The notes under the pieces were generated by a model. That model was not told the origin of the DNA, ran no database searches, and worked only from the letters and a program-made list of their open reading frames with translations. Of a DNA stretch of 64,000 nucleotides, positions 26,859 to 41,543 are shown one piece after another. The DNA comes from Antedon mediterranea (taxonomy: Eukaryota; Animalia; Echinodermata), in contig NC_092680.1 in NCBI RefSeq assembly GCF_964355755.1, forward strand, positions 2,666,001 through 2,730,000. Direction: 5' to 3'. Both the position numbers and the translations under genes were made by a program. The number at the start of each line of letters is the position of its first letter. Position 1 is the first letter of the stretch.

Positions 26859-29800
26859 CTAAAAGTATTCCTGTCTTGAAGCTAAATCGGAAAATAAATA
26901 ATATGAATTTATTTTCAGGAATTACATTAATGTGTTTTGTAATTTACAATGATATACACCTCATCTTAATAGATATGAAACAATCGGATAACTATTGAAT
27001 AGTTCACCCGATTCTGTGTGTAAAGCTGACTGATTGATTCTAGATTATGACTTTAAATAGTCGGGTTGAATCCATCTAGTGACAGCTGCAGAATCGGGTG
27101 AATAATTTAGGCCTAGGCCATACTTCGCGTCTCAATATAACACGTTTGTATTTCTGTCGCCACGGATTGTCTTCACCTGCAGTTCTTTACGCAAAGCTCA
27201 ATCAACCCGAATGAGTAACAGTTATCTACCTGTATCGATTATTATATCATTTGTAATTACTTAAATTTATGCCTACGGCACTTCCTAATGAGTGTAGTGC
27301 TATAAAGCACACCATAACGATTATCACAACTTTTACAAGCGGCGGCGATGTTTGATTCTTTAATGTCCAATTGAACAAATATTCATTCCTTTATCGATTT
27401 ACTTACCCCATATTATAGTATATATAGTGAAACTGTATTTTCAGTGAAAAGAAAAATACTTATACAATTTAGAAGATACAAAAGAATTTAGTTGAATACT
27501 ATACAGACATAGTTCACAGTTCACAGTTCACAGTTCATAGTTCATAGTTCACATAGTGTTTGAGATTAAACTTCTTGGCTTTAGTGCCATTTGTTGTCAT
27601 TTTTCTTTTTGCTTTCTATCATTTATATAAATTCATTTGAAAATCCCGGGCCACTTTGAATAGATATTTAGTAGAAACAGGACACTAAACTAACGTCTTT
27701 TTTATGCGTATATTCCCACGTACACGTGATGTGATACAACCAATCAGAGGTTACGAATGTTTTGAATCACGCGATAGATTCACCTTCACTTTTAACTACG
27801 TTATTGATACAAATAAATATTATTCTAAATACATTTAGAACAGTTATGTTGTTAAGCCTATGTACTTTCATGTGTTTCATCAGGGAGTAAACTTAACAAT
27901 CGTTGTAATGAAAAATAAAAAAATTAACATTTATTATTTATCTGATGTCGCCGTTTTTTATATCAAAAGTCACCTTGAGCGTGTTTTCTCCTTGGAACAT
28001 TATGTACACAATGGTCTATTTGATGATTAAATTTACATACTTAATGCATCATGTCATTACAATTGAAAAAAAAATGTTATATATTTTGAATTGTATTTAG
28101 GATGCACTTTACCCAGTTGAAATTCTATTGAAGCAGACAAAACAATAAATTCCATAAATTAAGCACTGCTTGAAATACTTTTTGTAAAATCCAGAGAGCG
28201 ACAGAGGGCGTGCTATTTAATGTTTCGGCCCATATTGAGGATACAGAAAAGTCGAGATTTTTTTTGTGACGTCCACAATATATTGATTTTATTGAATATT
28301 GTCTGTTGGAAAATACGGTAGCTATTGAATAAAACAAAAAATGAGGATAACTTTAGAATTTTATATGTTATCGTGCAAAAACAAGTACCGTAATAACTAT
28401 AATAATAATCAGATGCTTTTTAGCATTTTGCCAACAAACTTATAAAAAAATAAACATATAAACTAAACTTTGGAAATACTTTGCAAAATATATTAAATTG
28501 GCAAGTAATTTCTGATATCATAAGCAATAAACTTAAAAATTTTTTTTTGAATTACACACATTTGGGATCCAAACTTGTATGCATGCCTCCAGCCAAATTG
28601 CAAAATACAGTACAGAATATACCCATTATTTTCTTTTTACAAATTTATTGAGTTTTAATAACTTAGCTTGAATGAAATACCCCAACTGATACAATACGTG
28701 ATTGAATCACTGCAATTTGAAATACTGAACATGCTGTTGTTAATATTACATAAATAATTGGTGAATGTTACTTTCAAGGAAAAGAGTATTTCAATAAATT
28801 ATTAAAAGGTAAGTAAAACATTAATTTAAAAAAGGAGGTAATATGGAATACAAAGTGAATTTACCAGATTTATAATGTTGAAGTTAATAAAATTAACAAA
28901 ATGTGATAATATTGAAAATAATTTGATTTTATGGTGATGATATGAAAGATGATTAATGTGAATAAAAGTGGTGTTTACGTCACAAAAGAGAGAAAAAAAA
29001 GTATATTTATAACTAAATGTTTACCGAGGAGATATGCAACAAAATAAGGTTACAGTCATAGTTTATTTTTTTGTAGGCTTTTTAATTGAAAGATACATTA
29101 ACGAATTATGACATATTATGCCAAGAATATTTTGGTGATTAAGTGATAATTCTTTGTATCATATTACGTTCACTTACCTTTACTTATAAATAATCAGGAT
29201 TGACAAAATCTTGACATATTTCAAGATATTAAAGACGAGTTCAAGCCCTTGGCGATTGTGTTGAGCTTTGACAATTATGAGAAATGACTTTGTCAAGACG
29301 TTTAAATCTTTTCAGGATTTAGATCTCAAGACGTTAGAAAAAAAGAATAAACATGATTGTGTAAAAAAACCTTTGCTATTTTACACGCTGATTTCTTCTC
29401 TTTTAAATACAGTTCTTCAAAGGGGTTTGATTGTGTTAAGTTTGTACTTCCCCAAAACCATGAAATACCGGAATGGTGTCTGGCGGGGTTTAGTTTTTTA
29501 CCAAACCCCGAAACCAGTCTAGAAGTACCGGGATGGTGTTCGGCGAGGGATAGTTTCCCCATGTAGTTTAAGTTCTATTTAGTTGTTTGTTAAACTGTTC
29601 AATTCATTTCAATGTAAATATTTTTTTAAATATATTTACAAATGACAATACATTTACTTACTTACTTAGATTGTTCTGCATTCTAACGTGTGGTGTATAA
29701 CAATACGTCAATATACTTTAAAACCGGAGTTATCTCGGATGTACCGACACGTCACTTAAGAATAAGTAACCGATCACACTTATAGGCCTACAATTATGTT

Positions 29801-32166
29801 GTAACTCTGATACGGATAAGCGTAACTTTGTTTATTCACGATGAACTATAGTACGTGTGAACACACCCTAAATAGTAATAATAACTAAACACGTTAGGCC
29901 TAACATAGTAAAGTGCAACATGTGATGGCTATCTAACACGTACACGAAATATTCAACTAAAAAATGTACTGATATGAGAAAAATTCAATAGAGTACAAAA
30001 GTTTAAGTCGTGCCTAAAAGAAAAAAAAAATACTAAGCTTTATTCATTAAAGTATTATGGCTTTGAAAAAAACTGTTCTTACGGTTACTGTAAGGTCGGA
30101 TTGAAGACAAATCAATTGTATCAAGATAAAGTTACTATGACTGTTAAGCAAATAAATCCGGTAATTGAAGACATTATTTTATTATAATTTTATCATTGCA
30201 ATAACATTATAAATTATTCATATTTCAGGAAATTCATGAAATATAATCACAATAATTATTATGCTTAGTACAGATTGCGTATAATGTCATAATTACCTCG
30301 TTAAAAGTACATATGAATTTATTTCATAGTTAAGTATGCGCATAGATTATTGAAACAATTTGGGTCAAATTATCTTTAAAGATGAAAAAAAAAATTGTTA
30401 TAATTTTTTTTTTAATATGCCGTTTTAATGTCACATAAATGTTATCCATTTTGAACACAAATTAAATCGAAAACAAATTCATTTATTTGAAAAAACTGTA
30501 ATTTAGGCCTAAAGCAAAAAATAGTCAAATTGGTTGAATTTGACCACAACCAATTTGACCATTTACTTTTTTATGAGAAAATATTGTTTAAATTTTTTTT
30601 TACGACAGAGATAACTTTATTAAAACTACAAAATAACGTGCCCGGTATTCAAGGTCTTATTTAATTAATCTAAATTTTTAATGTTTTTAGGAGAAAATAC
30701 ATTTTTAAGTATACAGTTCTATTGCTAATTCCTACAAAGTATGACTACTGTAGTTAGATCAGATCTTACAAGGCAATCTAACATTAGATTGCTTTGGACA
30801 GTTACTAGTTATATGTCAAATGTGCTATCTAGCATATAAACTCGACTGTTTTTTTTGTGTTATACTTCTGAGCGATTATGACCAGTGTAGATTAACAATA
30901 TTCAGAAAGCATTTCAATCCAATGCACATGGCTTGAAAACCTTTTAAGATAGTATTATTGTATGAGTATAATGAAAGAAACAAAATACTTATTTTTGTAT
31001 AACTATTTTAAAAAGAAAAATAAATAAACCTTGACATTTTGTGTAAAATAACAATTAATTCAATTTTAAAAGAACTACAGCTGGTTTTACTCACTCGTGA
31101 AAACGTTAATGCTTTATTATTTTTTTGTATTATGCATGCTACGTAAACTAACTGACAATAAATTTGAACGAGCAGCTTTAAGCATTCAATAAAGCACATT
31201 AACTCTATTATATATGGTTTGCGTGTTTGATGCAACACAATTATATACCCCGTCCCACAATCCTCTCGTTTTCCTTGGAATATTATTATATTAAGTACTG
31301 TATACGACGCATAAGCTCTTCATAGATTTCTATATAGTGATTAGAAATTTGTTTTGTACAATTGTTGACATTATTTTGTTGTTTTTGTTTCGATATGGAT
31401 GTATTACAAAATAAAGAAATTAATAATACTACATAATATTTTATCTAATTTCTAAATTATTATTCTGAATGTATTATCTTATCATAGGCCTAATAGGTGA
31501 AGCCAACGTTGTTATTGACTGTCCAAAACGTTTTCTCTATTTTTATTTAGAGAGAACTTTGATTGGATGTGTGTTTTATTAGATAGTAACTACACTTTCA
31601 AATATTATATGACAAAAAAATGCGATGTGCCCATATATGGACTTGATGATGTCATATCACTACCATATTTGATAAAATCACACAATATTTGGGCACACCA
31701 AACTAGTTTGATAGTGTTTATAGGTATTTTAAAAATCGGATTACCAACTTGGTTACTTTAAAATACAAATACGAATTTAATCTTTATAGTAAGTAGCACG
31801 ACAGAAACTACTCGATAGCATAAGAGGAATGCTGAGCTAATTATAATAATTACAGATGAGATTGATCAAAGCTGCTAATTGTATCTTCGTTTCTGGACAT
31901 GACAGATAAATGTTACCATGAAAAATGTTTATTAATTAGAAAATACAAAATTATAAGTCATCCTTGAATGTTGACAGTATGCTGACTCTTGCATTCAAAC
32001 AAAGATGACAATCAATTTCCTTTTACTTAATGTTTAACTTATCTCTCACTTTAATTTTCTTCCTTGCTTAATTCCCAATTCGCTCTCAGTAAACAAGCTT
32101 CATATGTCTATTTAGAAGTCCCTTTTTACCCCACTTCTTCCTGGCTTAATTCCCAATTCGTTCTTA

Positions 32167-32345
32167 AGCTTGGTTCCCACTAGAACGTAACGCAAGGACG
32201 TAAACGCAACGCAAGCGTTTTAACCAATGACAAGCGAAGTTATAGACAGTTAGCAATCACAAGCGAATAAGCCATCGCTTGTGATTGGTCAATTCACTTG
32301 CGTTGCGTTACGTCCTTATGTTGCGTCGCTAGTGGGAACCACGAT
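32167..32345 (+). mobile_element. MITE family A, full copy, TTA TSD
   Basis: tta|agcttggttcccactag...ctagtgggaaccacgat|tta; nearly identical to the 5693 and 41544 copies. Confidence 0.9.
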
Positions 32346-32529
32346 TTAGTAAAACAGCTTCCAATGTCACGTTATCAAGTCCTTCTCAATTCACCTCACT
32401 TCATTCTCATCTAACTTCATTGTTCCTCAATTCAAATTCCTTCATAAAAAGAGACTTGAATAATTGAGGTGAGAAAGGTTGGATTGGTTATCCAGTGTGA
32501 GAGAATTTGAATGATAAATGTAATGTTGT

Positions 32530-32692
32530 TCGATTTATATAGCGCTTTTATACAGTCAAAAGATTGTCCCAAAGCGCTGAGAGAGAAGATAGAAAGAAAT
32601 TACTAAGAAAAAAAAAGTGTTTTTAAGAGTGTTTTGAAAACTATGGTAGATGATGCATTTTTACTAGGGTCAGGAAGATTGTTCCACAGCTA
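32530..32692 (-). mobile_element. L2/CR1-group LINE 3' remnant
   Basis: Minus strand translates LWNNLPDPSKNASSTIVFKTLLKT, matching the WNxLP...FKxxLKT C-terminus of L2 ORF2, followed by a gcgctatataa tail. Confidence 0.6.
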
Positions 32693-33693
32693 ACAGCTAT
32701 AGGAAGGAAGATTTTATGGAAGAGAAATAAAATGGAGGGCATCACTGTATGCCTAAATTGTCAAAATAATATAGAACTAAATACTAATGGATATGAGCAA
32801 CAACAGAGGTAGTTTACACAAGATATACAGTTAGGGGGGAAATTGCAAAATCAGCACTGTGGTCATGTTACAAGAGTTGTCAAAACAATCACCATAGATT
32901 ACATAGAAAGTAGGAAGTCTTTGCCATTTCCCCCTGACTGTATAAGGAACTCAATAGCGTTGATGCCATGCAGGTGCTTCCTCAAACTAGTGAAATGAAA
33001 TATGTAAAGTTTAAGCAAGACAGTTATTGATTATTCAACTTAAGCGTTTCAATTTATTGACATAGAAGTGGAGATATGTTTAAACCTAAAGCATGTGTTT
33101 TCGGACTGAATTTGTCACAGAACATCCGGGTTCTCACTAACGGAGGTTAAATTCAGCATACTTTGTCATTACTGGTTCTATTTAAACGATACTTCATCTA
33201 TTCATCCTCCGATACTACATAGACAATTTCCCAAGGCTATACATTTTGGTACTTATGGTGAATCAAACCTTTATATAGAATTTGTTATGTTAAAGTTAGC
33301 AATGATCGACTGAAGATGTAGTAAGTAAGTAAAAATGCCAACCTGCAGACTTTTTAAAGTGCTCACAGCGGCTTCCTCTTTACCTGCTTTAAACATAATA
33401 AGGTCATTACTAAAATTAGACGTTATTTACCGCTTCATTAATTAATAAGTACATGCTTAATCAATAAAATACGTTCGACTGCAACAATTATATAAGACTG
33501 CGTCTCTACAGGGTACAGTAAAATTACACAATCACATTTATCTCGTTAAACAATTTGAATAATACTAATTTCTTTCATATGTTTGTTTTATCAATTCAAT
33601 TTGTATCTACTGACAGTGTGTTCTTTTTAATTCATCTTTCAGATTGGATCAAGAATTGTGTAGAAGTATTATGTAAACATTTTAACACTTTGG

Positions 33694-34182
33694 ATGAAAG
33701 TTAAACAACTTGTAATGTCCGACTACGATACATTCTACAACATTTCAGAAACGGGGCCCAGTACCGTATCGCAATACGTACGTCTGAGCGTTCTTGGAAC
33801 GTTGTTTTTAATCTCAAATTTAGGAAACATTGCCACTATTGTCATCACGACGAGATATAGACACCGTAAATCCGTTATGTTGACGTTGATTAAACATCTG
33901 TCTATCGCAGACCTCATAATTACGTATATTTTGATATTACCGTTTATGGTGTGGATTGGTACGGTGAGATGGATCGGTGGTGACATATGTTGTCGCCTTT
34001 TCCGCTTTTCGTGGACGTTTTCTTTGTACTTGTCGTCTTTTATCACAGTGGCGATCAGTCTGGACCGCTGTTTTGCCATTATTTTCCCGATAACGCATAA
34101 CCAAGGTCTGTGTGGTACACATCGTGTTATGACTATGATTGTTTCATCGTACGTCGCTAGTATTATTTTGAGCATTCCACAG
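33694..34182 (+). CDS. GnRH-receptor-like GPCR, coding exon 1 (TM1-TM4)
   Basis: MKVKQLVMSD...ISLDRCFAII...LSIPQ; donor CAG|GTACAG. The start could instead be the ATG at 33715. Confidence 0.9.
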
Positions 34183-34779
34183 GTACAGTTTAACAACTTA
34201 AAGATGTATTGTCCCCCAAAAAACATGAAAAATGAAGATTAATTAAATCAGACTTTGTATTCTTAATAAAGTTAATCACTTCCATAGAAAAAAAAAAAAT
34301 AATAATGTTTTACTTATAAAACAACATAATAAATGGTGAACTTCAACCAAACATCCATTGACTGGCAGTCAATTTTACCATTTTTGCTTTAAATTACAGT
34401 TTGTCAGGTAAATAAATTTTGTTTACATCCAATTTTTGGTGAAAGTGGATAACTATTTATGTGACATTAAACAAAAAAATGTATAAAATAGTTTTCAGGG
34501 GACAATACATTTTAATATATTCCTATCACAGTAATTCTATTTTTTTGCGTATTGTAATGATCACATTCAAAATGGTTTAATTTCTTTCTAGAAAGAAATG
34601 TATTTTACAAAAATATAGTATTGATATTTCCCTGTATAGTGACATGCCCAAATACGGTAGTGATATGACATCATCATGTCTATATATGGGCACATGACAT
34701 TTTGTTGTCACATAAAGTTTGATAGTGTAAACAGACCTTATAACAAATGTGATTACTAAGTTTCTTTATCTTCTTACAG

Positions 34780-34975
34780 TTGTTTCTATTTCGTTCTTAC
34801 ACGTTCGAACCTGGTTGGGACCAATGTGTTGATAATAGCGACTTAATACCAATCGTCTACTTTCAAGTGTATTCAGTACTCGCACTTTGTATCCAGTTCT
34901 TTATTCCATTTTTGATCATATGTTTTTCATATTTGGCCATATTGCTAAAAATTTATACCATTTCCACAAAAACAG
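34780..34975 (+). CDS. GnRH-receptor-like GPCR, coding exon 2 (ECL2, TM5)
   Basis: ttacag|LFLFRSY...QCVD...FFIPFLIICFSY...; donor CAG|GTAAG. Confidence 0.9.
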
Positions 34976-36744
34976 GTAAGGAATTGATATTTTAATTACA
35001 TGTGTATGTTTACTTTCATATTCTCTCTCTGTATCCAGTTTTGTACATGGTCGATCATTTGTTTTTTCTTATTTGGCCATATTGCTAAAAATGTATACCA
35101 TTTCCACACAAAAATGTTTTTGTTTATGTTTTGATTACATGCATATGTTTATTTATTTCGTTCTTTCTTTATTTCCATTTACAAAATCATAAACATACAT
35201 AAATAATAATTAAAAAACAAAAAGAATGGAAAGGAGGAATCTCTGAAGCATGGCTTATCCTACAAGTAGAAACCCCCTGTTACAAAACAGATGGTTAATT
35301 TCATTATTCTATACTGTCTATATATGAATTGTTCCACTGTTGCCTACCTCTTTTAAAGACTGATAATACAACATTGAGTGTCATTAAATTGAATTTGTAT
35401 CACAGTCGCAACAAATCCATAAAGTACTATATTTGTCATAGGTTATCGACATTGATTTATTGATTTTGAAAAAATATGAATCGCAACGTTTTCAACTTCA
35501 AGAAATCCATTTAATGCAATAAAATCAATCAAAATAATATTTATTTTTTAAAATATCAAAAAAGCAAATGCTTGTGTCAGGGACGCCAAAACAAAAGAGA
35601 CAAAAGCAGACAAAAATATATAAATTGTTCCGATTATCAGATTTTAAATTGTTTTTTTATATACAAAATATTAATAAATAATATAAAAAAAAAAACAGGG
35701 GCGGATCGAAAATCAGAAGAGGAAGGTGACGCTTAACAAGTATATTTGTTTAGCCTCAAATTCCTTTAACATTTGTATTATATAGAGCATTCTCTCTTGG
35801 AACTGGGCATTCTCGAAAATGACACGTTCTATAAAGAAACAAGACCATGTACATTGCTGCAGTCGCGTGCTCAAGTTAGTGTTTACCGACCGACCGACCA
35901 ACCGACCGACGTAGTAAGCTGTCGAGTCGATAACGTTGCACGCGACTAAAAACTCCTGTGCGGTTATGTAAAACAGCATGCAGTTTTACTTTGAATAGTA
36001 ATTCAGGTTTTATTTATTACGTAATTAAAATCAATGAAAAACAGTTTGTGCTAAGGTGAAAACATTTTATGAACACATTGATATGCACGGCACTGATTAG
36101 CTTTTTTTTTGTTATTAAACTTGATCTTATACGAATGTAATAACAAAAATGTAATATATTTATAGACATGTCAATGAGTGTTTATTTTAATTGGCTACAT
36201 GATTCATTTTTTGATACGCATTATGAATTATTATTCCTAAGAACCGTATATTAACCATCAATAAAAGACGTGATATGTAGAAAGATACAGTAGAATTCTG
36301 CTGATTGTCAAACTGAACTTCTTGGTAACATAATAACATGCACCTTAAATTAAAGATGATGAATCTAATCAATTTAGGGTGATGTTCTTTCCTTGACGTC
36401 ATATCAAGATATAATATTACAGAAAGGATACGGACCAACATACATAGCGCTCTCCCTATAGTTAAATAGTTAACAAAACCCCTTATGGGCAGCCTTATAT
36501 AGAAAGACCCCATATTGGATAACATCAGCGCGCTTAACCCAATGTACAAATAAAGTTTAAAACATGGATAGATTTCAGCAACCGTATACAGGATCTAAAG
36601 CTGGTATACTCTATGTATTACCAGCTCGTGTTTTAGTTAGATTAAAAGTATCTGTAATTTACAATTACGTAGATGAAAATTAGTCAATTGGAAATGTCAA
36701 CTTGACTTTATTTAGAAGATTACAAAATTCACAAAATATCCTAA

Positions 36745-36950
36745 AGGCCAACTGAGACTGCGTTGTACGACGAGGCCTGACGAGTCGTCTGTCGTCGGGG
36801 AGGAAATTAAACAATCTTAATGTTTTCCCCCGCGACGACTTAGGCCTACACCTGACGCTATCTCAAGACGTCTCGTTGGGATTCAACTCAGAGGGGAAGA
36901 TTCAAGACGTTTTGTTGGGCCTCGTCGTACGACGCAGTCTGAGTTGGTTT
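36745..36950. mobile_element. MITE family E, ~33-bp TIR, TAA TSD (intronic)
   Basis: taa|aggccaactgagactgcgttgtacgacgaggcc ... ggcctcgtcgtacgacgcagtctgagttggttt|taa. Confidence 0.8.
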
Positions 36951-37723
36951 TAACAGGCTAGGCCTCTGCTAGGCCTAGTTGATCTTTGATCGATTGACAT
37001 CGTGATGTTAGGCGCTACCACAAGAAGATTACTTCATTGTACATTATTATCGTCCTAATGAGTACCGGTAATTTCAATCGATTTCATAATTAAATATTGA
37101 TTTCAATCACTTATGAAAATCTCATGTGATTGTTTAACCAAACTTGTTACTGTCTTAACAATCAATATTATATTAGTGTCTTCGATTTGCTAAAAGTCTG
37201 GTGGCAGTATTTAGAAATGAAAACGGCGCGCAATCCCTAGCATTCACCTATTATTATATTAACCACTTGTGATTACGCAATACATAACTTTGCGTTGATA
37301 CGTCGCTGCGTTACGTTGCGTCGCGTTCTAGTGGGAACCAAGCATTAAATTAAGACGCAAATTACGTTACGTTACGTCTAGGCAAAAGTTAACATAATGT
37401 TTATTATACTAATGCTTGGCTCCCACTTTAACACATCACATCAACGCAATGTGGTTGACCAATCACAAGAGACGGTTTGGATAATTCATCGGTGATTGAT
37501 CAAATTGCATTCGGTTTGTTCCCTAGAAACGCAATAACACTTTTGTGATTGGTCAAGTACGTCTTAGCGAGAACCAAGTTTTAGGCCTACCCTACTCTTT
37601 CATTACCGACTGGGGTTACGGACCTAATAATTTAACATTACATTAAGCTATTGTTGTTTTATATCAATCATACACTGGTGGGTTTTCCTAGTATATTTTA
37701 CATTTTGTTTGTTGTTTTTCTAG

Positions 37724-38166
37724 GTTTGATTAATAGAAATGGCGATCAGAATCGGTCAAGACTAATGTCACGTGCAAAACATCGAACTCAATGGATCGCC
37801 GTGGCAATAGTGTTAGTTTTCCTTTTAAATTGGTTACCATACGCGATTATTGGTTTGCATTACCTATTTGATGACGACATCACAGAAACAGATAATCACC
37901 TTTTTCAAGCGTCAATGCTTTTCGGGTTATCTAACTCTTGTTTTAATCCGGTCGTGTACGGCCTGAGTAGCCTTGGAAATAGGAAGGTGATGCGTAAAGC
38001 TACTAACTCATGTCATTCGAGGATCTACACATACGTTCGTCAAAATGATCGGAAGATCAGCAGCTCTTTGACTAACGATACTAATCATTCACCTATCACA
38101 GAAACGCAGAACTATGTTATACTCGATGACAAATGTGTAAAGTATCGTTGTAAAAATGATGAATGA
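37724..38166 (+). CDS. GnRH-receptor-like GPCR, coding exon 3 (TM6, TM7, C-tail)
   Basis: ttctag|(G)LINRN...SRAKHRT...NWLPY...NSCFNPVVYG...TGA. Confidence 0.9.
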
Positions 38167-39512
38167 AACTTACTTTGATGTGCAATATCTGTTATTCTTG
38201 ATTTTAAGATTTTCATCGTTCATTTCAAACGATGTTATTTTCACGATGTTATTTTGTATAGGATTCAAAATATTTTATTAAAATAAAGAGAACCATGACG
38301 AAACACAATCCAGGAAAATGCTTACTACACTGGATGGGATATTTTGTTTTCTGAGAGTGATGTTTGTTCAAGTAGTAGACCAAGCCATCCGTTGTATTGG
38401 TGAGGTTACGAGGACAACAAATTAGGTAGAGTTCCAGACGGAGTTTTGACTTAATATTAGTAAAAAAAGATAAATATTTTGGCACACATGGCGTTTTATA
38501 CGTATACTACTTGAGCTTGTTCAGACAAACATCGAAAAGCCTCGAAATAACTATAGATTTAAGCTTGGTTCTTACTAGCAACGCAACGTAAGAAAATGCC
38601 CTTTAATTGTGTTTGCCCCCGCCTGCCTAAAATCAAACCTGTGATGTTTGCAGCACACTGTTGCATTTTATACGTCACTGGGTTGCGTCCTAGTTGTGGG
38701 AACTTTAGTTGGACAAGTGTAACAACGAATCAATGCTGAAGTCTTTGAAGATTGTTCTTTATCTGAGTGCAGTCTCTTGTATGTAACTGTCAGTTGCACA
38801 GAATGTCAGAAAGATTACAGATTTATCATAGTATCTTTTTTGGTTTAATTGGACAAATTGCTGTTTTGCGCGTTTGACGTCAAAGCACCCGTCAGTGTCA
38901 CAAGTGTAAACGTGGGTTGATTAAGACAAATCCGGTTGCCTCACGTTGGACACGCTGGCCGTGTGCTAAATTACTGGCGGCCTGATCAATAATACAAACA
39001 TGTTTTGCAAGGTGTCATATGAATGTTTTGTTGTCAGTTGTCTCAATTTCAAACATTTGTATGAAACGTCATTATCATTCTAACTTGAAATATGTATAGT
39101 AACTTAATAAAGCTATTTAAGATGTAACAATGTTTACATTTCAATAATGTAAATACTAAAAATTTACTAATTTACTAAACGAAATGCTATCTATTCTATT
39201 TATGAATATTTCAAACATGTTTAAAGTGTCCTAAATTTTCATCAATCGGATGAGAGCTTTGTAAATTTTATTTAGTATTCGGTAATAGTCAACCTTAGGC
39301 CTACAGTCTTGTGACGTCACTTGTAAATATACTATGTCCTTAAATAATATTTGTTTCAGCCTATGACATTCATTATCGTAATTTATTGTAACTTGTATAG
39401 TAATATGATTGATACACTTGATTGCAACGAGAAAACGAATACCAAATGATTTTTTTTCCGTTGTCAGTTCTTGCTTTAATAGATAAACAAAAAACTACGT
39501 ATCAAAATCTTA

Positions 39513-39661
39513 AGCTCTGTCTACACTATCAACTAGTTTGATGTACCCAGATATGGTAGGGATATGTCCAAATATGGTAGTGATATGTCCAAATATGGTA
39601 GTGATATGACATCATCATGTCTGTATATGGGCACATCGCATAAAGTTGTGAACACAGAGCT
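39513..39661. mobile_element. MITE family C copy, TTA TSD (another at ~40025-40144)
   Basis: tta|agctctgtctacactatc...cacagagct|tta. Confidence 0.8.
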
Positions 39662-41543
39662 TTACGTGTGCGTTTCATTTGATTCCTTTTGCGTAAAATG
39701 ATAATTTAATATGTAATAATGTACACATTTATTGATAAAGTAATAATTACAAAACATTACATTATTATGTGCTATTACTAGATTAAAGATTATTGATTCA
39801 CAATTGCTGATTGTTAATTTCTGTTTTTACTGGCATTAATTTGTTTTCAATGAATCAATTTTAAATAAAACGAATTACTTGTAACTTTTTGCTACACAAG
39901 GATTCGTTTCACTTGGTTTGTGAGAAATAAAGTACCTATTAAAATGGAAGACGTGAGAGACAGGCTTTATCGCTCTCGCGTTCAAAATCAAATAAAGAGT
40001 AGCTACGCACATCTTTGTTTGTCATTGTCTGCACTATTAAACTTTATGTGATGTGCCCTTATATGGACATGGTGATGTCATATCACTACCATGATATCAC
40101 TACCACATTTTTGTCACATAAAGTTTGATAGTGTAGACAGAGCTTTATAACCTTTCCGTTGTATTACAGACGAAATATTCAATAGAAACCACATGAATAT
40201 ATTATTATTGTTAATGTATGGTATAAATATAATGTTTTGACGTTTGATTCATCTTAGTGAGTGAAGAAGGTACGACATTAGACTGGATTTAATAACATGC
40301 ATGTTATGGTGTTGAAACATGATTTGACGTGACATAATAAATAAAATACTTTTACAGCTTACAATTAAGACATTAATGTTTGCACTTAATGACAGATATT
40401 AGACTTACATTTAATATAATGTTGAATAAATGACACTTGTCTACGTAGATGTCTCAAAAGGTGGATCATTACAAATACATATAGCGCCATCAAACATCTT
40501 CAACCACAAAAAAAAAACCAGTGAGATTTAAAACGGTGGATTTACGAAATCAATTAATGGGCCTTTGGCTAGGACCGCCTACGCTAATATAGGGCGTGTG
40601 TATACAACAACCACTGTATCAGAAAAACAAAAATGTACAATTAAAATTGTGTCTATTTAAGTCATTGGGTAGGCCAAGTGTGTTGTTGGCGGTAGATTCA
40701 TCAAGATACATGCATTTTTCCGGGGAGGGGGAGTTATAGATTGGTAATTTTGATTAATTTTAATGTTAAAACATGTCACATCAAAACACAACACAATAGA
40801 TGGATTATAATAACTTTTAAACCATTTATCACTGGGTCAAATTGTACGGGATTTTTGGTGATTATCAATTTTGAAAATACACATAGGCTTTCCTACTGCT
40901 TGATTTTCGTAATATAGTCTGCAAACATTCTTTCCTTTAGGTGAATCCATCCGGGCCTTATTACCACCAAACTAATTGAATTTATGGCATATCAGAAACT
41001 GACTGACTTAAAGGACGTTGTGGAAATTTGTAAGGCTTGATAGAATGAATTCAAACAATAAGATAATCTTTTATACAATATATAGTGTTGCTTTTTCATT
41101 CAAACCAGCCTAGCGTTTACAACACAATCCGTTCTTTTTGTGTGTCACGACTCACTGATTTGGAAAGTGTGTAAAAAGAACTTCGGTATGAGTTTTACAA
41201 GCAAAATGTAGTTGTGAGCGGCGACTTTATTTTTGGTGAAAATTATACATTTGGATTGAGTCGAGTGTGTTCTAAATATATTGGTAGCTAGGTAAGTCAT
41301 TCTTAATAGGCCAATGCATTATTACATTTTGTATACAGTATTTTACTATTAAATATAGGTAGATTGCAATAAGGTATTTACCAGCTGAACCTCGGTACCG
41401 TATCTATACTTTGCCTAATAGTAGTGTCATAGAAACATTACAGGATGACTCTAACCTAATCATAAATTTAGCCAAACCATCATAACTAGACTCACATTAT
41501 ATGATACAAATATGACAGTGTATATCACTGATTTTGCATATAA

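Larger units (their letters stand above)
33694..38166 (+). other. Gene model: GnRH/AKH/corazonin-receptor-like rhodopsin GPCR, 375 aa
   Basis: join(33694..34182,34780..34975,37724..38166) = 1128 nt, phases 0 and 1. Seven TM segments; motifs GN, HLSIADL, ISLDRC, SIPQ, QCV, WLPY, NPVVY. Introns after TM4 and in ICL3 match the classic GnRH-receptor layout. Acceptor at 33642 implies upstream 5'UTR exon(s). Confidence 0.85.

Noticed and set aside
3298-31761. Short ORFs in the track across the first 32 kb
   Set aside because: No recognisable domains; many fall in MITEs, minisatellites or poly-T/A runs; no consistent splice-phase chain.
33735-34226. 163-aa antisense ORF over GPCR exon 1 (also 50945..51172, 51399..51617, 56982..57206, 61299..61538)
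   Set aside because: Shadows of real coding exons on the opposite strand, with no independent protein features.
38420-38560. Repeat family I as a Penelope-type hammerhead ribozyme
   Set aside because: No CUGANGA...GAAA core with the required stems was found on either strand.
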